IMG/VR virus record: IMGVR_UViG_3300028706_000004
Reading direction: 5' to 3' (one strand)
Origin: a virus
Length of the DNA: 64,000 nucleotides
Below, in pieces: positions 54,380-62,594 of the stretch. A model generated the notes under the pieces. That model had not been told where the DNA came from and ran no database searches. It saw nothing but the letters and a program-made list of their open reading frames with translations. Position 1 is the stretch's first letter. Each line of letters starts with the position of its first letter. Both the position numbers and the translations under genes were made by a program.

Positions 54380-55233
54380 GCCTCTTAGTTCACGAGACAT
54401 TTGAAGATGGTTGGCAGGATTCATGGAAGGGGAAGGTCCACAACGCTTATGTAAGTGGCGACTCTTTGCGGCTGATGTTCCGAACCGGCGACCACTACGG
54501 GTGCGCTCTCTACAAGGAAGTGCCACCCTGCCGCCATGTGAAGGTGTCCTACATGGTCAGGGCACTCAGCAACTGGAACTCCCACAGCACTGGCAAGACA
54601 CTGGGGTTCGCTGATCTGCGCTACAAGGACGCCAGAGGCCGGTCCTACGGGCACGGAAACCGACAGCCTGATCCTGACGGCTTCTCATTCCGTACATGGT
54701 TCGGTAAGACTAAGGATGGCTACATGCCCATCGGCATGTATTTCTACCATCTTGGACAGGTCCCCAAGTGGGGTGATTCGGTCAAGGTCGGACAACTCAA
54801 GGTAGGCGGTAATCCCGTTCTCTTTGAATGTGAAGCCGATTTCGACGAGGGCTTCATTCGGGCTCGCGTCGATGGTGGCGACTGGGTTCGTCACAACCTT
54901 GTCGTTACCGACAAGACCGCTGTCACATGGGCGTGGTTAGATGCCTACTACGGTGGTCCAGCCGTGGCCCCTGAGAACATGGCGTGGGACATTTCCGATT
55001 ACAAGTTGGAGAACCTCGGCCCTGATGTCGCCGACCCGGGCATCGACTGGGCGGGCCTCGCCAAGATGATCGCCGAAAAAGAAGAAGCTGCTAGGGAAAC
55101 CGCAGAATCTGAAAATCCGGTGCCATTCATTAAAGCGTCTCCGAAACCGGTAGACACGATGGCAGAGATGACTCCGAGTTTGTCTGATCAACTCAGGAGA
55201 ATCGCAGACCAGATTGACGCTCTAGACTCATAG
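54376..55233 (+). CDS. Polysaccharide lyase-like (PL14-type) protein
   Basis: GKT.GF...GFSFR.WF...YFYH...GFIRA.VDG...YYGG pattern. Confidence 0.5.
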   Translation: MSLLVHETFEDGWQDSWKGKVHNAYVSGDSLRLMFRTGDHYGCALYKEVPPCRHVKVSYMVRALSNWNSHSTGKTLGFADLRYKDARGRSYGHGNRQPDPDGFSFRTWFGKTKDGYMPIGMYFYHLGQVPKWGDSVKVGQLKVGGNPVLFECEADFDEGFIRARVDGGDWVRHNLVVTDKTAVTWAWLDAYYGGPAVAPENMAWDISDYKLENLGPDVADPGIDWAGLAKMIAEKEEAARETAESENPVPFIKASPKPVDTMAEMTPSLSDQLRRIADQIDALDS

Positions 55234-55234
55234 G

Positions 55235-55387
55235 GTGGCCAGAGAAAAGTACGACGCCAGCCTGATTATCCCAGTTCTTGCGGACCCCAACCTCTGGATT
55301 GAATGGGTCGATATCAACGGCGAGGTTCATCACACTCCACGCTCACTCGCAGCCATCATTCCGCCAGACGCGAACATAGTAAAATGA
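55235..55387 (+). CDS. Small hypothetical protein (50 aa)
   Basis: Hand translation MAREKYDASLIIPVLADPNLWIEW... Confidence 0.45.
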   Translation: MAREKYDASLIIPVLADPNLWIEWVDINGEVHHTPRSLAAIIPPDANIVK

Positions 55388-55393
55388 TTAGTC

Positions 55394-55498
55394 ATGGGCT
55401 CATTAATCGCTTTCGTCATCGGCAGCTGTCTCGTGTTTCTTCTACTTACACTGGCCGACAACAAGGGTTGGCTTCCTAGTCGCAAGAACCGGTCTTAA
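55394..55498 (+). CDS. 34-aa single-pass membrane peptide
   Basis: MGSLIAFVIGSCLVFLLLTLADNKGWLPSRKNRS. Confidence 0.5.
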   Translation: MGSLIAFVIGSCLVFLLLTLADNKGWLPSRKNRS

Positions 55499-55500
55499 CC

Positions 55501-55644
55501 GTGTCTTACAAGCCATACACATACTCTGATTACATCCGTGAATTATATGACCACGGAATTTCAGTAGAATCAATTTGTTGGAACTTAAAGATAAAACCCG
55601 AAACAGTCGAAAAGTGGGTCGACAGCTCTGTGACTCGCCGCTAG
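55501..55644 (+). CDS. Small HTH-like protein (47 aa)
   Basis: IRELYDHGISVESICWNLKIKPETVEKWV. Confidence 0.55.
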   Translation: MSYKPYTYSDYIRELYDHGISVESICWNLKIKPETVEKWVDSSVTRR

Positions 55645-55654
55645 GAGATAAAAC

Positions 55655-55834
55655 ATGTATTCAACTATTTCTGATGAAATTCAGACAGCCTGCTGGAATG
55701 CATGCCTTGAATTAGAGAAACTCACTTTAGGTGATGATGCACAAACCCAAATAGACATCATCAAGGAAGCAGTTAAAGAACCTTCCAATAGGGAATATCA
55801 GACTGCCGAAAATAGCCAGCACTGGCACGGCTAG
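55655..55834 (+). CDS. Small hypothetical protein (59 aa)
   Basis: AGGAG RBS; MYSTISDEIQTACW... Confidence 0.55.
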   Translation: MYSTISDEIQTACWNACLELEKLTLGDDAQTQIDIIKEAVKEPSNREYQTAENSQHWHG

Positions 55835-56856
55835 TCTTCGAATACTCCTAGAAGATAGGGAATAGCTGAAATTGTATACCAATCTTCAGCAGTCATGCCA
55901 AATGTGTCGCTGAACGCGACCTCCCAAGCCGACCGGGTTGAACTACTCGGCTGGTTTATCGCTAACCACAGTTCGTTAACTTTCGCGTCCCCAAAGTCGT
56001 AAAACAATTTCTCGTTGACGAGCAGACCCATCGAATACTGGATCTCTCGTGTGCATTCATAGTTCTTCGTCACCGAATTGTGTTGGGTACGCTGCAAACG
56101 TTCCAATAGGTCATTTTCAGTCAACCTGTCAGAATTCGTAATCTGCCAGATTCGTAGACCGCGCAAGGTACCGGGCTCCGACCCAAATGGAATCGTGTAC
56201 AACTCCGCGTGTCCCTCAATAAACCAGCAGGGCAACAGCGTCCACGGACACGGCATCGACCAGTTCTCCCACCCCATTACCGTTTCCCAATTCGGGTTTG
56301 AACACTTGTCGGTCATCCAACCGCTTACCTGATATTGGTACCAATGAGCGCTTTCATGATGGGCTATCAACGCGGCACTAAACGCACCAAAATGTTCAAA
56401 ATCCGTCTTGCTTCCGGATACCACAATGACGTGCGGCATTCCAGTCTCGTCGGCATCCACCATCCCAACAGTTCCCCCTGACCGGACGGAACTTTTCCAC
56501 CAATGTGGGGAGAACAAATCACGCGGTCCTCTGGTAGTGGTTGACTCCCACCAGTCTCGGTCCCCTGAATCCATCACCGTAAGGGGAAGTGCTACATCAA
56601 AATCGAACACCCCTGACCAAAACCCGATGGCCTCTTCGTACAAGCCCATTACGGCGTCTAAACGATCAGCGGGAAAATCGGGAGCTACCCGTAAATCAAT
56701 TTCTTGACCCGGCCTGTGACGGTCAGTCGCAAGATCGCGGACATCCTCGTACACCTGTTCCCATACGGGCGGCGGAGGTTCACTCCAATAGGCGATGTGA
56801 TCCGCCGCAGAGCATTGATTCATTAGTAGGGGTATTGCTAGTAGTAGTGATTTCAT
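55831..56856 (-). CDS. Exported gluzincin-like metallopeptidase
   Basis: N-terminal hydrophobic signal; HESAH...WFIEGHAE. Confidence 0.7.
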   Translation of the reverse strand: MKSLLLAIPLLMNQCSAADHIAYWSEPPPPVWEQVYEDVRDLATDRHRPGQEIDLRVAPDFPADRLDAVMGLYEEAIGFWSGVFDFDVALPLTVMDSGDRDWWESTTTRGPRDLFSPHWWKSSVRSGGTVGMVDADETGMPHVIVVSGSKTDFEHFGAFSAALIAHHESAHWYQYQVSGWMTDKCSNPNWETVMGWENWSMPCPWTLLPCWFIEGHAELYTIPFGSEPGTLRGLRIWQITNSDRLTENDLLERLQRTQHNSVTKNYECTREIQYSMGLLVNEKLFYDFGDAKVNELWLAINQPSSSTRSAWEVAFSDTFGMTAEDWYTISAIPYLLGVFED

Positions 56857-56865
56857 TAGTACTGG

Positions 56866-57885
56866 TTAGTACATGTAGATGCGCCAGTTTCCTAACCGGT
56901 TGCGGGTGTTGTCCATCAAATATCGCGCCATACGCAGGTTGCAATCGACATCAAGCAGCATTACCTCCAGATCCCATCCCTCACACACCTTGAATACGGC
57001 CCTGCGGTGAATCGAGTTGATCTGCACAAGGCCATAATCAATCGAACCGTCTGAATTCAACGTGTCGTTGACGACCGTCGGCCTACAGCGACTTTCCTTC
57101 CAAGCAACATACGACCAAACGTCGACAGGGACGAGGCCATAAGCAACGAACGTGTCCTCCCACTCGGGGCAACGCTTCTCGGGGTCCATCGGATAGTCGT
57201 ACCCGCCATCTCCAACTATTTCATCCAAGCTGAAGGTCATATCAACAGGCTGCCATTGTCCTAGCCGGACAAGAGCCCTGATGTGTTCTCCACGAGTGAT
57301 CGGGCCATAAATGCCGTCTACATCTACTTCTAAATAGTGTTGGAGAATCTTCACATCCTCGTCAAAGCGAAAAAATGTGTACTCGCTTTTGAGAATCTCC
57401 AAGATTGTCTCTTCGATAAAGGTCTCTACAAATTCAGGTGATAATTCGGTAACCGTTACTTCCTGATTGAATTCATCGTCATAGAACTCTGGAGTGTGGT
57501 TATCTGGGGGACATTCTGGATAGTTATTGATGTCTCCCCAATGGGGAGGCCACTCTGGAAGAGGGTGAGCCCATCCTTCTGGTATTTCACTCAACACCAC
57601 ACAATCCGGAGGTGGCTCCAACACCTCCACTGTCGGAAGGTTCGCAGTCGTCGTGGTGGTTGTAGTCGTGGTCGAGGTGGCCACCCAAGTGATCACCGGC
57701 TGAGCGGTCGTAGTGGTAGCGCCACTGACGCTCAACCCCGATACGGGCAGATCTTCTCGCGTGAGATTAAAAGGTTGGTCGGCAACACTCCTGCTGTCGG
57801 CCCATATTGTCAAACCGTAAAGGCTTAGAACTGAAACCGAAAAGATTGTCAAAGCTTTGACACGGCTGCGGATGTCGTATCGCAC
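56866..57885 (-). CDS. Membrane-anchored lytic transglycosylase (SLT) with peptidoglycan-binding motif
   Basis: N-terminal TM, poly-Thr linker, DGIYGPIT, KESRC...DYGLVQIN...CNLRMA. Confidence 0.8.
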   Translation of the reverse strand: MRYDIRSRVKALTIFSVSVLSLYGLTIWADSRSVADQPFNLTREDLPVSGLSVSGATTTTAQPVITWVATSTTTTTTTTTANLPTVEVLEPPPDCVVLSEIPEGWAHPLPEWPPHWGDINNYPECPPDNHTPEFYDDEFNQEVTVTELSPEFVETFIEETILEILKSEYTFFRFDEDVKILQHYLEVDVDGIYGPITRGEHIRALVRLGQWQPVDMTFSLDEIVGDGGYDYPMDPEKRCPEWEDTFVAYGLVPVDVWSYVAWKESRCRPTVVNDTLNSDGSIDYGLVQINSIHRRAVFKVCEGWDLEVMLLDVDCNLRMARYLMDNTRNRLGNWRIYMY

Positions 57886-57894
57886 TTGGTCCTC

Positions 57895-58173
57895 CTACAA
57901 GTTTTCGGCTACCAAATACTCCTTGGACTTGGCCGTGAAGAACGCCTCAATGTCCTCAAGCTTGCAGGTAGCCGTAATAGTATCGTCATCTGTTGTTTCT
58001 GTAATGGTGAATCCCATGGATTCCAACAGCAAGTCTGCCCACTCCTCTGCGTCATTGTACTGTTCGTCCAGCTCGGCGTCGGTAAGACTCTCGTCATCGT
58101 CCGAAATGGCCAGCAGCATCACGGTGATGTGCTTCATAACCTTCAGTCGCAAGTCAGCATTTTTCGTAGGCAT
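57895..58173 (-). CDS. Acidic hypothetical protein (92 aa)
   Basis: Start reassigned to MPTKNAD. Confidence 0.6.
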   Translation of the reverse strand: MPTKNADLRLKVMKHITVMLLAISDDDESLTDAELDEQYNDAEEWADLLLESMGFTITETTDDDTITATCKLEDIEAFFTAKSKEYLVAENL

Positions 58174-58260
58174 GGTTGACAATGCTAACCGAATCGGTGT
58201 TAGAGTGCAACCTACACAACGATGGGGGTTCTCCCCCAAACCCAAGAGAAGCGAGCTGAA

Positions 58261-58707
58261 ATGAACAATTCGACATTCACCGGTTGCGGCAACGTAACCC
58301 AAGACCCGGAAATGAAATACACCGATTCGGGCATCTCCAAGCTCAAGTTCAGCATTGCCTGTAACCGCAGCTGGAAGAACGCCAAGACAGACGAATGGGA
58401 AGAGGACACCTCCTACTTCAACGTCATCGCATGGCGAAAGCTCGCCGACGATACCGCAGACGTTCTAGAGAAGGGTGTTGGCGTTATCGTCACCGGTCGC
58501 ATGGAACAGCGCGTCTGGGAAAAAGATGATGGGACCAAACAAAACATCGTCGAAGTGGTGGCTGAGAACATCGCCATCCAGACTCGCAGCATCTCCGACT
58601 TCACTCGCAAGCGCGCTGGGGACAACGCAGAAGGTGGCTCCAAGAGAGCTACGGCTACGTCTCCGCGCAAACAAGTAGAAGAGGAACTGGTCAAAGACCC
58701 GTTCTAG
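58261..58707 (+). CDS. ssb: Single-stranded DNA-binding protein
   Basis: GNVTQDPE..YT.SG, F.IA.NR, V..WRKLA, KG..VIV.GR, C-terminal DPF. Confidence 0.93.
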   Translation: MNNSTFTGCGNVTQDPEMKYTDSGISKLKFSIACNRSWKNAKTDEWEEDTSYFNVIAWRKLADDTADVLEKGVGVIVTGRMEQRVWEKDDGTKQNIVEVVAENIAIQTRSISDFTRKRAGDNAEGGSKRATATSPRKQVEEELVKDPF

Positions 58708-58899
58708 GTCGCGCGTAGGTAACGCGGAAACCACAGCGCGAGGATTTAGGGACCTCTTCTGGCATTGCCCGGTACAGAGATGCATGGGCAACCCGGAGGG
58801 GGTCCCTATTTCTCTCTCAGACAGCCACACAGCCCTCCTAAGGCGTTCCCACCTTCTTACTAGCCCCTTGGAGGTATAAGCAACTATTACTAAGGCACG

Positions 58900-58983
58900 G
58901 GCGGTGTGGTGGAATAGGCATACACAGGAGACTTAAAATCTCCCGACTCTTGAGTCATGCGGGTTCGAATCCCGCCATCGCCA
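58900..58983 (+). tRNA. tRNA-Leu (UAA)
   Basis: GGCGGTG/CATCGCC acceptor; GGAGA-CT-TAA-AA-TCTCC; long variable arm; GGTTCGAATCC. Confidence 0.92.
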
Positions 58984-58987
58984 CTTC

Positions 58988-59060
58988 GGGAGCGTAACTC
59001 AATTGGCAGAGTAGCGGACTTTTAATCCGACGGTTGCGGGTTCGATTCCCGCCGCTCCCA
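58988..59060 (+). tRNA. tRNA-Lys (UUU)
   Basis: GGGAGCG/CGCTCCC acceptor; CGGA-CT-TTT-AA-TCCG. Confidence 0.92.
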
Positions 59061-59064
59061 CTCA

Positions 59065-59139
59065 GCCCCCATCGTCTAGTGGTCAGGACACCAGCCTTTC
59101 ACGCTGGGAACACGGGTTCGATCCCCGTTGGGGGTACCA
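59065..59139 (+). tRNA. tRNA-Glu (UUC)
   Basis: GCCCCCA/TGGGGGT acceptor; CCAGC-CT-TTC-AC-GCTGG; encoded CCA. Confidence 0.92.
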
Positions 59140-59140
59140 A

Positions 59141-59213
59141 TCGGCGGTAGTTCAACTGGCAGAACGTCGGGCTTTGGACCCGAAGGTTGGAGGTTCGAGC
59201 CCTCCCCGCCGAG
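59141..59213 (+). tRNA. tRNA-Gln (UUG)
   Basis: TCGGCGG/CCGCCGA acceptor (U1-A72, G73); TCGGG-CT-TTG-GA-CCCGA. Confidence 0.88.
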
Positions 59214-59217
59214 CTAG

Positions 59218-59290
59218 GCCCCCGTGGCGCAACGGATAGCGCAGCGGGCTTCTATCCCGAAGGTTGTAGGTTCGAATCCTGCCGGGGGCG
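59218..59290 (+). tRNA. tRNA-Arg (UCU)
   Basis: GCCCCCG/CGGGGGC acceptor; CGGG-CT-TCT-AT-CCCG. Confidence 0.9.
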
Positions 59291-59299
59291 CTATTTGAT

Positions 59300-59533
59300 T
59301 TACTTGTCAGAAATTGTTGTTAAATCTTCAAGCCAAGAATCAAATTTTTCACGCATCGCAGCCAAACGGATACGACGCAGCACAATTCCCCAGTGAGGCA
59401 ACCTTTCGGCAGTTTTAAAGAAATCATCCACCAAAGTTTTAGCTTCTGCGGCCAATTCGTCTAATGACGCATCGGCTTTAGGCGTCCTTGGTGTGACTTC
59501 CCATGACATATTTGGAGTGGACTCGGGAGGCAT
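59300..59533 (-). CDS. Small hypothetical protein
   Basis: 77-aa helical ORF. Confidence 0.45.
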   Translation of the reverse strand: MPPESTPNMSWEVTPRTPKADASLDELAAEAKTLVDDFFKTAERLPHWGIVLRRIRLAAMREKFDSWLEDLTTISDK

Positions 59534-59551
59534 ATCAGGTATACTAGTACG

Positions 59552-59722
59552 ATGGCCACTTGGGACGGGGAACTGCAGGAAATTGAAGCCGTCATCGGCG
59601 CTTTACGCGACACCGTAAACGATGTTCGACGACGTTTGCAGATGCTGGAATCTAAAATTGTCACGCTTGAGCAGCAACAAGGGTTGATGCTCAAAGAGAC
59701 CGCGAAGCGGCGACAAATCTAG
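59552..59722 (+). CDS. Small coiled-coil protein (56 aa)
   Basis: Hand translation MATWDGELQEIEAVIGALRDTVNDVRRRLQMLESKIVTLEQQQ... Confidence 0.55.
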   Translation: MATWDGELQEIEAVIGALRDTVNDVRRRLQMLESKIVTLEQQQGLMLKETAKRRQI

Positions 59723-60495
59723 TCGAAGAGCTCCTGCCAAGACGCAGGACCAACAATGCCATCCATCGTAAGGCTCTCATTCCTTTGGAACTGCTTTACG
59801 GCACGTTCAGTACCGCGTCCAAAGATCCCGTCTATACCTTTTCCGGTCATCGTGCGACTAGAAGTTTTGGCCGTGCTAATGCCCTGTTTCTCCAACAACA
59901 TTTGAAGCAGCTTTACAGCTTCTCCGCGATCACCCTTGCGCAAAACTTGACGGCGGGCACGAGCAATAGCCTCAGCAAGTTCTTGGAGAGGATGCTTCGC
60001 TTTTGCCAATTCTTGATCTTTTACGCGAATCGCCTTTTCAGACTGCTCGCCCTTCAGCGCCGGAGCATCAAACCAATTCCACTGTCCGTTTAGAAAACGC
60101 CCATATGGTTGATGATGCCACCACTCGCCACTCACTGTAGGGTGTAAGCCATACTGCTTAGCAGTATTATTGACTTCCCAAGTGGATAAGCCTTTACCGG
60201 TAATGCGAAAATCGACAGCAAATCCGTAATTGTCAAATGCAGGCTGAGCCATATGCCAGCTACCCTGAAAGCCATTTCCAAAACGTCTTTGAGGATTGGC
60301 AGCTAAGTTTCCCTTGCCTGATTTATATTTATCGTATAACGCCTGCTGTGCAGCCATCGTTCTCACGCCCGACACGATAGCCACCCGGCCACGAATAATC
60401 GGATCGTCAAAAAACGCCCCCAAGCGTAATTTGAACCGAGGATGCAACTCATCGAGCCGCACCCAACGGGATGTCACTGGCAGGTCTATGTCCAC
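59719..60495 (-). CDS. Endolysin-like M15 zinc peptidase with C-terminal PG_binding_1 domain
   Basis: SG.RT...Q..L, NLAA.P..S.H, AVD, EWWH; G..GEAVK.LQ.LL...DGIFG..T..AVKQFQ..L..DGIVGP.SW. Confidence 0.88.
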   Translation of the reverse strand: MDIDLPVTSRWVRLDELHPRFKLRLGAFFDDPIIRGRVAIVSGVRTMAAQQALYDKYKSGKGNLAANPQRRFGNGFQGSWHMAQPAFDNYGFAVDFRITGKGLSTWEVNNTAKQYGLHPTVSGEWWHHQPYGRFLNGQWNWFDAPALKGEQSEKAIRVKDQELAKAKHPLQELAEAIARARRQVLRKGDRGEAVKLLQMLLEKQGISTAKTSSRTMTGKGIDGIFGRGTERAVKQFQRNESLTMDGIVGPASWQELFD

Positions 60496-60579
60496 TCGCT
60501 ATCACCTTCAATCGTTAACGTAAATAAAGACTAGCAGCTTGGGTTTACAGGTGGGGGTAAAGCTGCTAACGTCACATCT

Positions 60580-61095
60580 ATGGATGAAGTCAGCGCAGAA
60601 GCCATCATCAAAATCGAAGCCATGCAAGCCCGATTCACCGAACGAGCTCAAGCTGTAGCCAAATCCGGCATGCCCCCACTAGAGGGTCTCATGCGTCGCA
60701 AATGGATTCAGCAAAAGGAACTTGACTACCAAGATTTCCTCATCGTTGCCGACTGCGTCGTTGAAGTTGTCGAGGGCATCCTCAAACTCGATCTTCGACC
60801 GGCGATCTGTGATGCCACAATGCGGAACTCCCCCAACGGCATCATCGACAAAAGCCTAGAGAGAGAAACACACGTCGCCACAGACAACATCGCCAAAGCT
60901 CTCCCCACCGACGGAAACAAAATCACCCCCAAAATGCTCGACTCCAAAACAGACCTCCAAGACCTGATCGACGGAGCCGAGATGTTCAGAGTGGTCCGAC
61001 TTGTCCGACCAATCGTTACCAAAAAAAAAATTAAAAGAAGAATCGGTCTAAGCGGATACAACCCCAACTTCGAATACGGAGGCGAAAGCGGATGA
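60580..61095 (+). CDS. Hypothetical protein
   Basis: 171-aa ORF. Confidence 0.65.
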   Translation: MDEVSAEAIIKIEAMQARFTERAQAVAKSGMPPLEGLMRRKWIQQKELDYQDFLIVADCVVEVVEGILKLDLRPAICDATMRNSPNGIIDKSLERETHVATDNIAKALPTDGNKITPKMLDSKTDLQDLIDGAEMFRVVRLVRPIVTKKKIKRRIGLSGYNPNFEYGGESG

Positions 61096-61250
61096 ACCTC
61101 AAATCACTCTTCTTCGGCACCATCCTCGCCATCTCAGGCGGAATCATCTCCGGAGGGCTCGTCGGCGAATGGTGGGCCTTCGCAATCCTCATCCCCGCCG
61201 GAGCCTACGCAGGATGGACACTCGGAGAACGCAAACCGCGCAACCCCTAA
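61092..61250 (+). CDS. Small two-TM membrane protein (52 aa), possible holin
   Basis: MNLKSLFFGTILAISGGIISGGLVGEWWAFAILIPAGAYAGWTLGERKPRNP; ATGA coupling; near endolysin. Confidence 0.55.
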   Translation: MNLKSLFFGTILAISGGIISGGLVGEWWAFAILIPAGAYAGWTLGERKPRNP

Positions 61251-61309
61251 AAACCCATGCAACAACAAAAGAAAACAAACCCCTCAAAAATTTTTAGGCA
61301 CCCCACAAC

Positions 61310-61672
61310 ATGACCGGGGCTGAACAACCCACACCCCCCTCCCAAAAAGGCCCCACGGGACCCGGACAAAACACAATCTACGAAGCCCTAGAAATTTATA
61401 TCAACGAACTCAGCCACCTATCCTTCAACGAAGAACCAGACGACTACCTAAAAACAAGCCTCGTCATAGAGAACCTCCTCGAAATCCTCCTAAACAGCCA
61501 CAACTACGAAACACACGGCATCATCATCGACAGAGACGAACTCACCAAAGACGCCTACAAAAAAGGCATCAAGCTCTACAACAAAAAAAAGAACCAACTC
61601 CACCTGCAATGGACACTCACACTCATCACAACCATCGCACTCGCAACCATCCTCTACTCCGCACTCTCCTGA
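61310..61672 (+). CDS. Hypothetical protein with C-terminal TM segment
   Basis: 120 aa; hydrophobic C-terminus. Confidence 0.6.
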   Translation: MTGAEQPTPPSQKGPTGPGQNTIYEALEIYINELSHLSFNEEPDDYLKTSLVIENLLEILLNSHNYETHGIIIDRDELTKDAYKKGIKLYNKKKNQLHLQWTLTLITTIALATILYSALS

Positions 61673-61724
61673 ATTAAACCAGAGAAACATACACACCAAA
61701 ATTCTGTATGCGTGCCCCCACAGC

Positions 61725-61740
61725 CCGAACGTGTGTTCGA
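61725..61740. promoter_or_regulatory. LexA (SOS) box, Gram-positive/actinobacterial type
   Basis: CCGAAC-GTGT-GTTCGA matches TCGAAC-N4-GTTCGA at 11 of 12 fixed positions; intergenic. Confidence 0.7.
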
Positions 61741-61794
61741 AAAGTTTGCGGGACTATGAAGTGACGGTTCGGTAACTTCGTTCGGATTCGTTCA

Positions 61795-61842
61795 GGGTTG
61801 CCTCACGGTTTCGTTTGGGTTGCCTCACGGTTTCGTTTGGGT
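61795..61842 (+). repeat. 22-nt perfect tandem direct repeat
   Basis: GGGTTGCCTCACGGTTTCGTTT twice, plus GGGT. Confidence 0.9.
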
Positions 61843-61988
61843 GTTGCTCGCCGGTTGAGCTTGCGAAGCGGGGCAGAAGACAACTCGGTTCTCGGCGTGT
61901 CGAGGGGGGGGATGGTATTCCTTGGCTTTTCCCAGCAAATCGTGTTGCGAGGTTGCTTGTTGTTGGCATAACCGCTAGGCTTATCCCC

Positions 61989-62276
61989 ATGACAGGGCTA
62001 ATCAGATTCACGGCGGCGGCTACAGCCATCGCAGCGTTCATGGTCTTTGCTATCTGGGGCCTCGGTTGGACGAACGAACGCCACTCCCGTTTCACTTGTG
62101 AGAGTGGGACCCATGTGGCTGAAGCGTTCGACACCATCTGGGAGATTGCACGCACCCGGTGTGAAGGCAACCTTGAGAACGCCGTGTACCACTTCGTCCA
62201 ACTCAATGGTGGGACGGCGTCGATCCAGATTGGTCAGGAAATTCGCGTGCCCTCCACGGGTAATGCTGATGAGTAG
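61989..62276 (+). CDS. Membrane-anchored LysM-domain protein
   Basis: TM segment, then H.AE.FDTIWEIA....LN......IGQEIRVP; start reassigned. Confidence 0.8.
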   Translation: MTGLIRFTAAATAIAAFMVFAIWGLGWTNERHSRFTCESGTHVAEAFDTIWEIARTRCEGNLENAVYHFVQLNGGTASIQIGQEIRVPSTGNADE

Positions 62277-62547
62277 AGAGCCGTGGAAGCACAAGGCAGC
62301 CTGCATCTCTGCTAACACCACCATCTTCTTCTCCAAACGTGGAGGCAGTAGAGGTCCAGCCTTGGAGTACTGCCATCATTGTGATGTGAGAGATTCCTGT
62401 CTCGCTGAGGCCCTCGTTCAACCTGACCTCCTTGGTATCTGGGGCGGCACTACTCGGAGGGAACGTAGGAACATCCGACATCAGGAGAAGCTTTCGCCCT
62501 CCATGTCTTTCGCTGATGTCCTCGCTGTCATCCGCAGCCTTGACTGA
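62269..62547 (+). CDS. whiB: WhiB-family transcription factor (second copy)
   Basis: W..KAAC...FF...C..C.V...CL..AL...GIWGGTT..ER; start reassigned. Confidence 0.9.
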   Translation: MSREPWKHKAACISANTTIFFSKRGGSRGPALEYCHHCDVRDSCLAEALVQPDLLGIWGGTTRRERRNIRHQEKLSPSMSFADVLAVIRSLD

Positions 62548-62594
62548 TGTTGCCTCTCCTTGACACGACGTTGACATCCAACTAAGGTACGCAC

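Noticed and set aside
59141-59213. Reading the fourth tRNA as Pro (TGG)
   Set aside because: The 7-nt loop CT-TTG-GA places TTG at 34-36; U1-A72 and G73 are Gln identity elements
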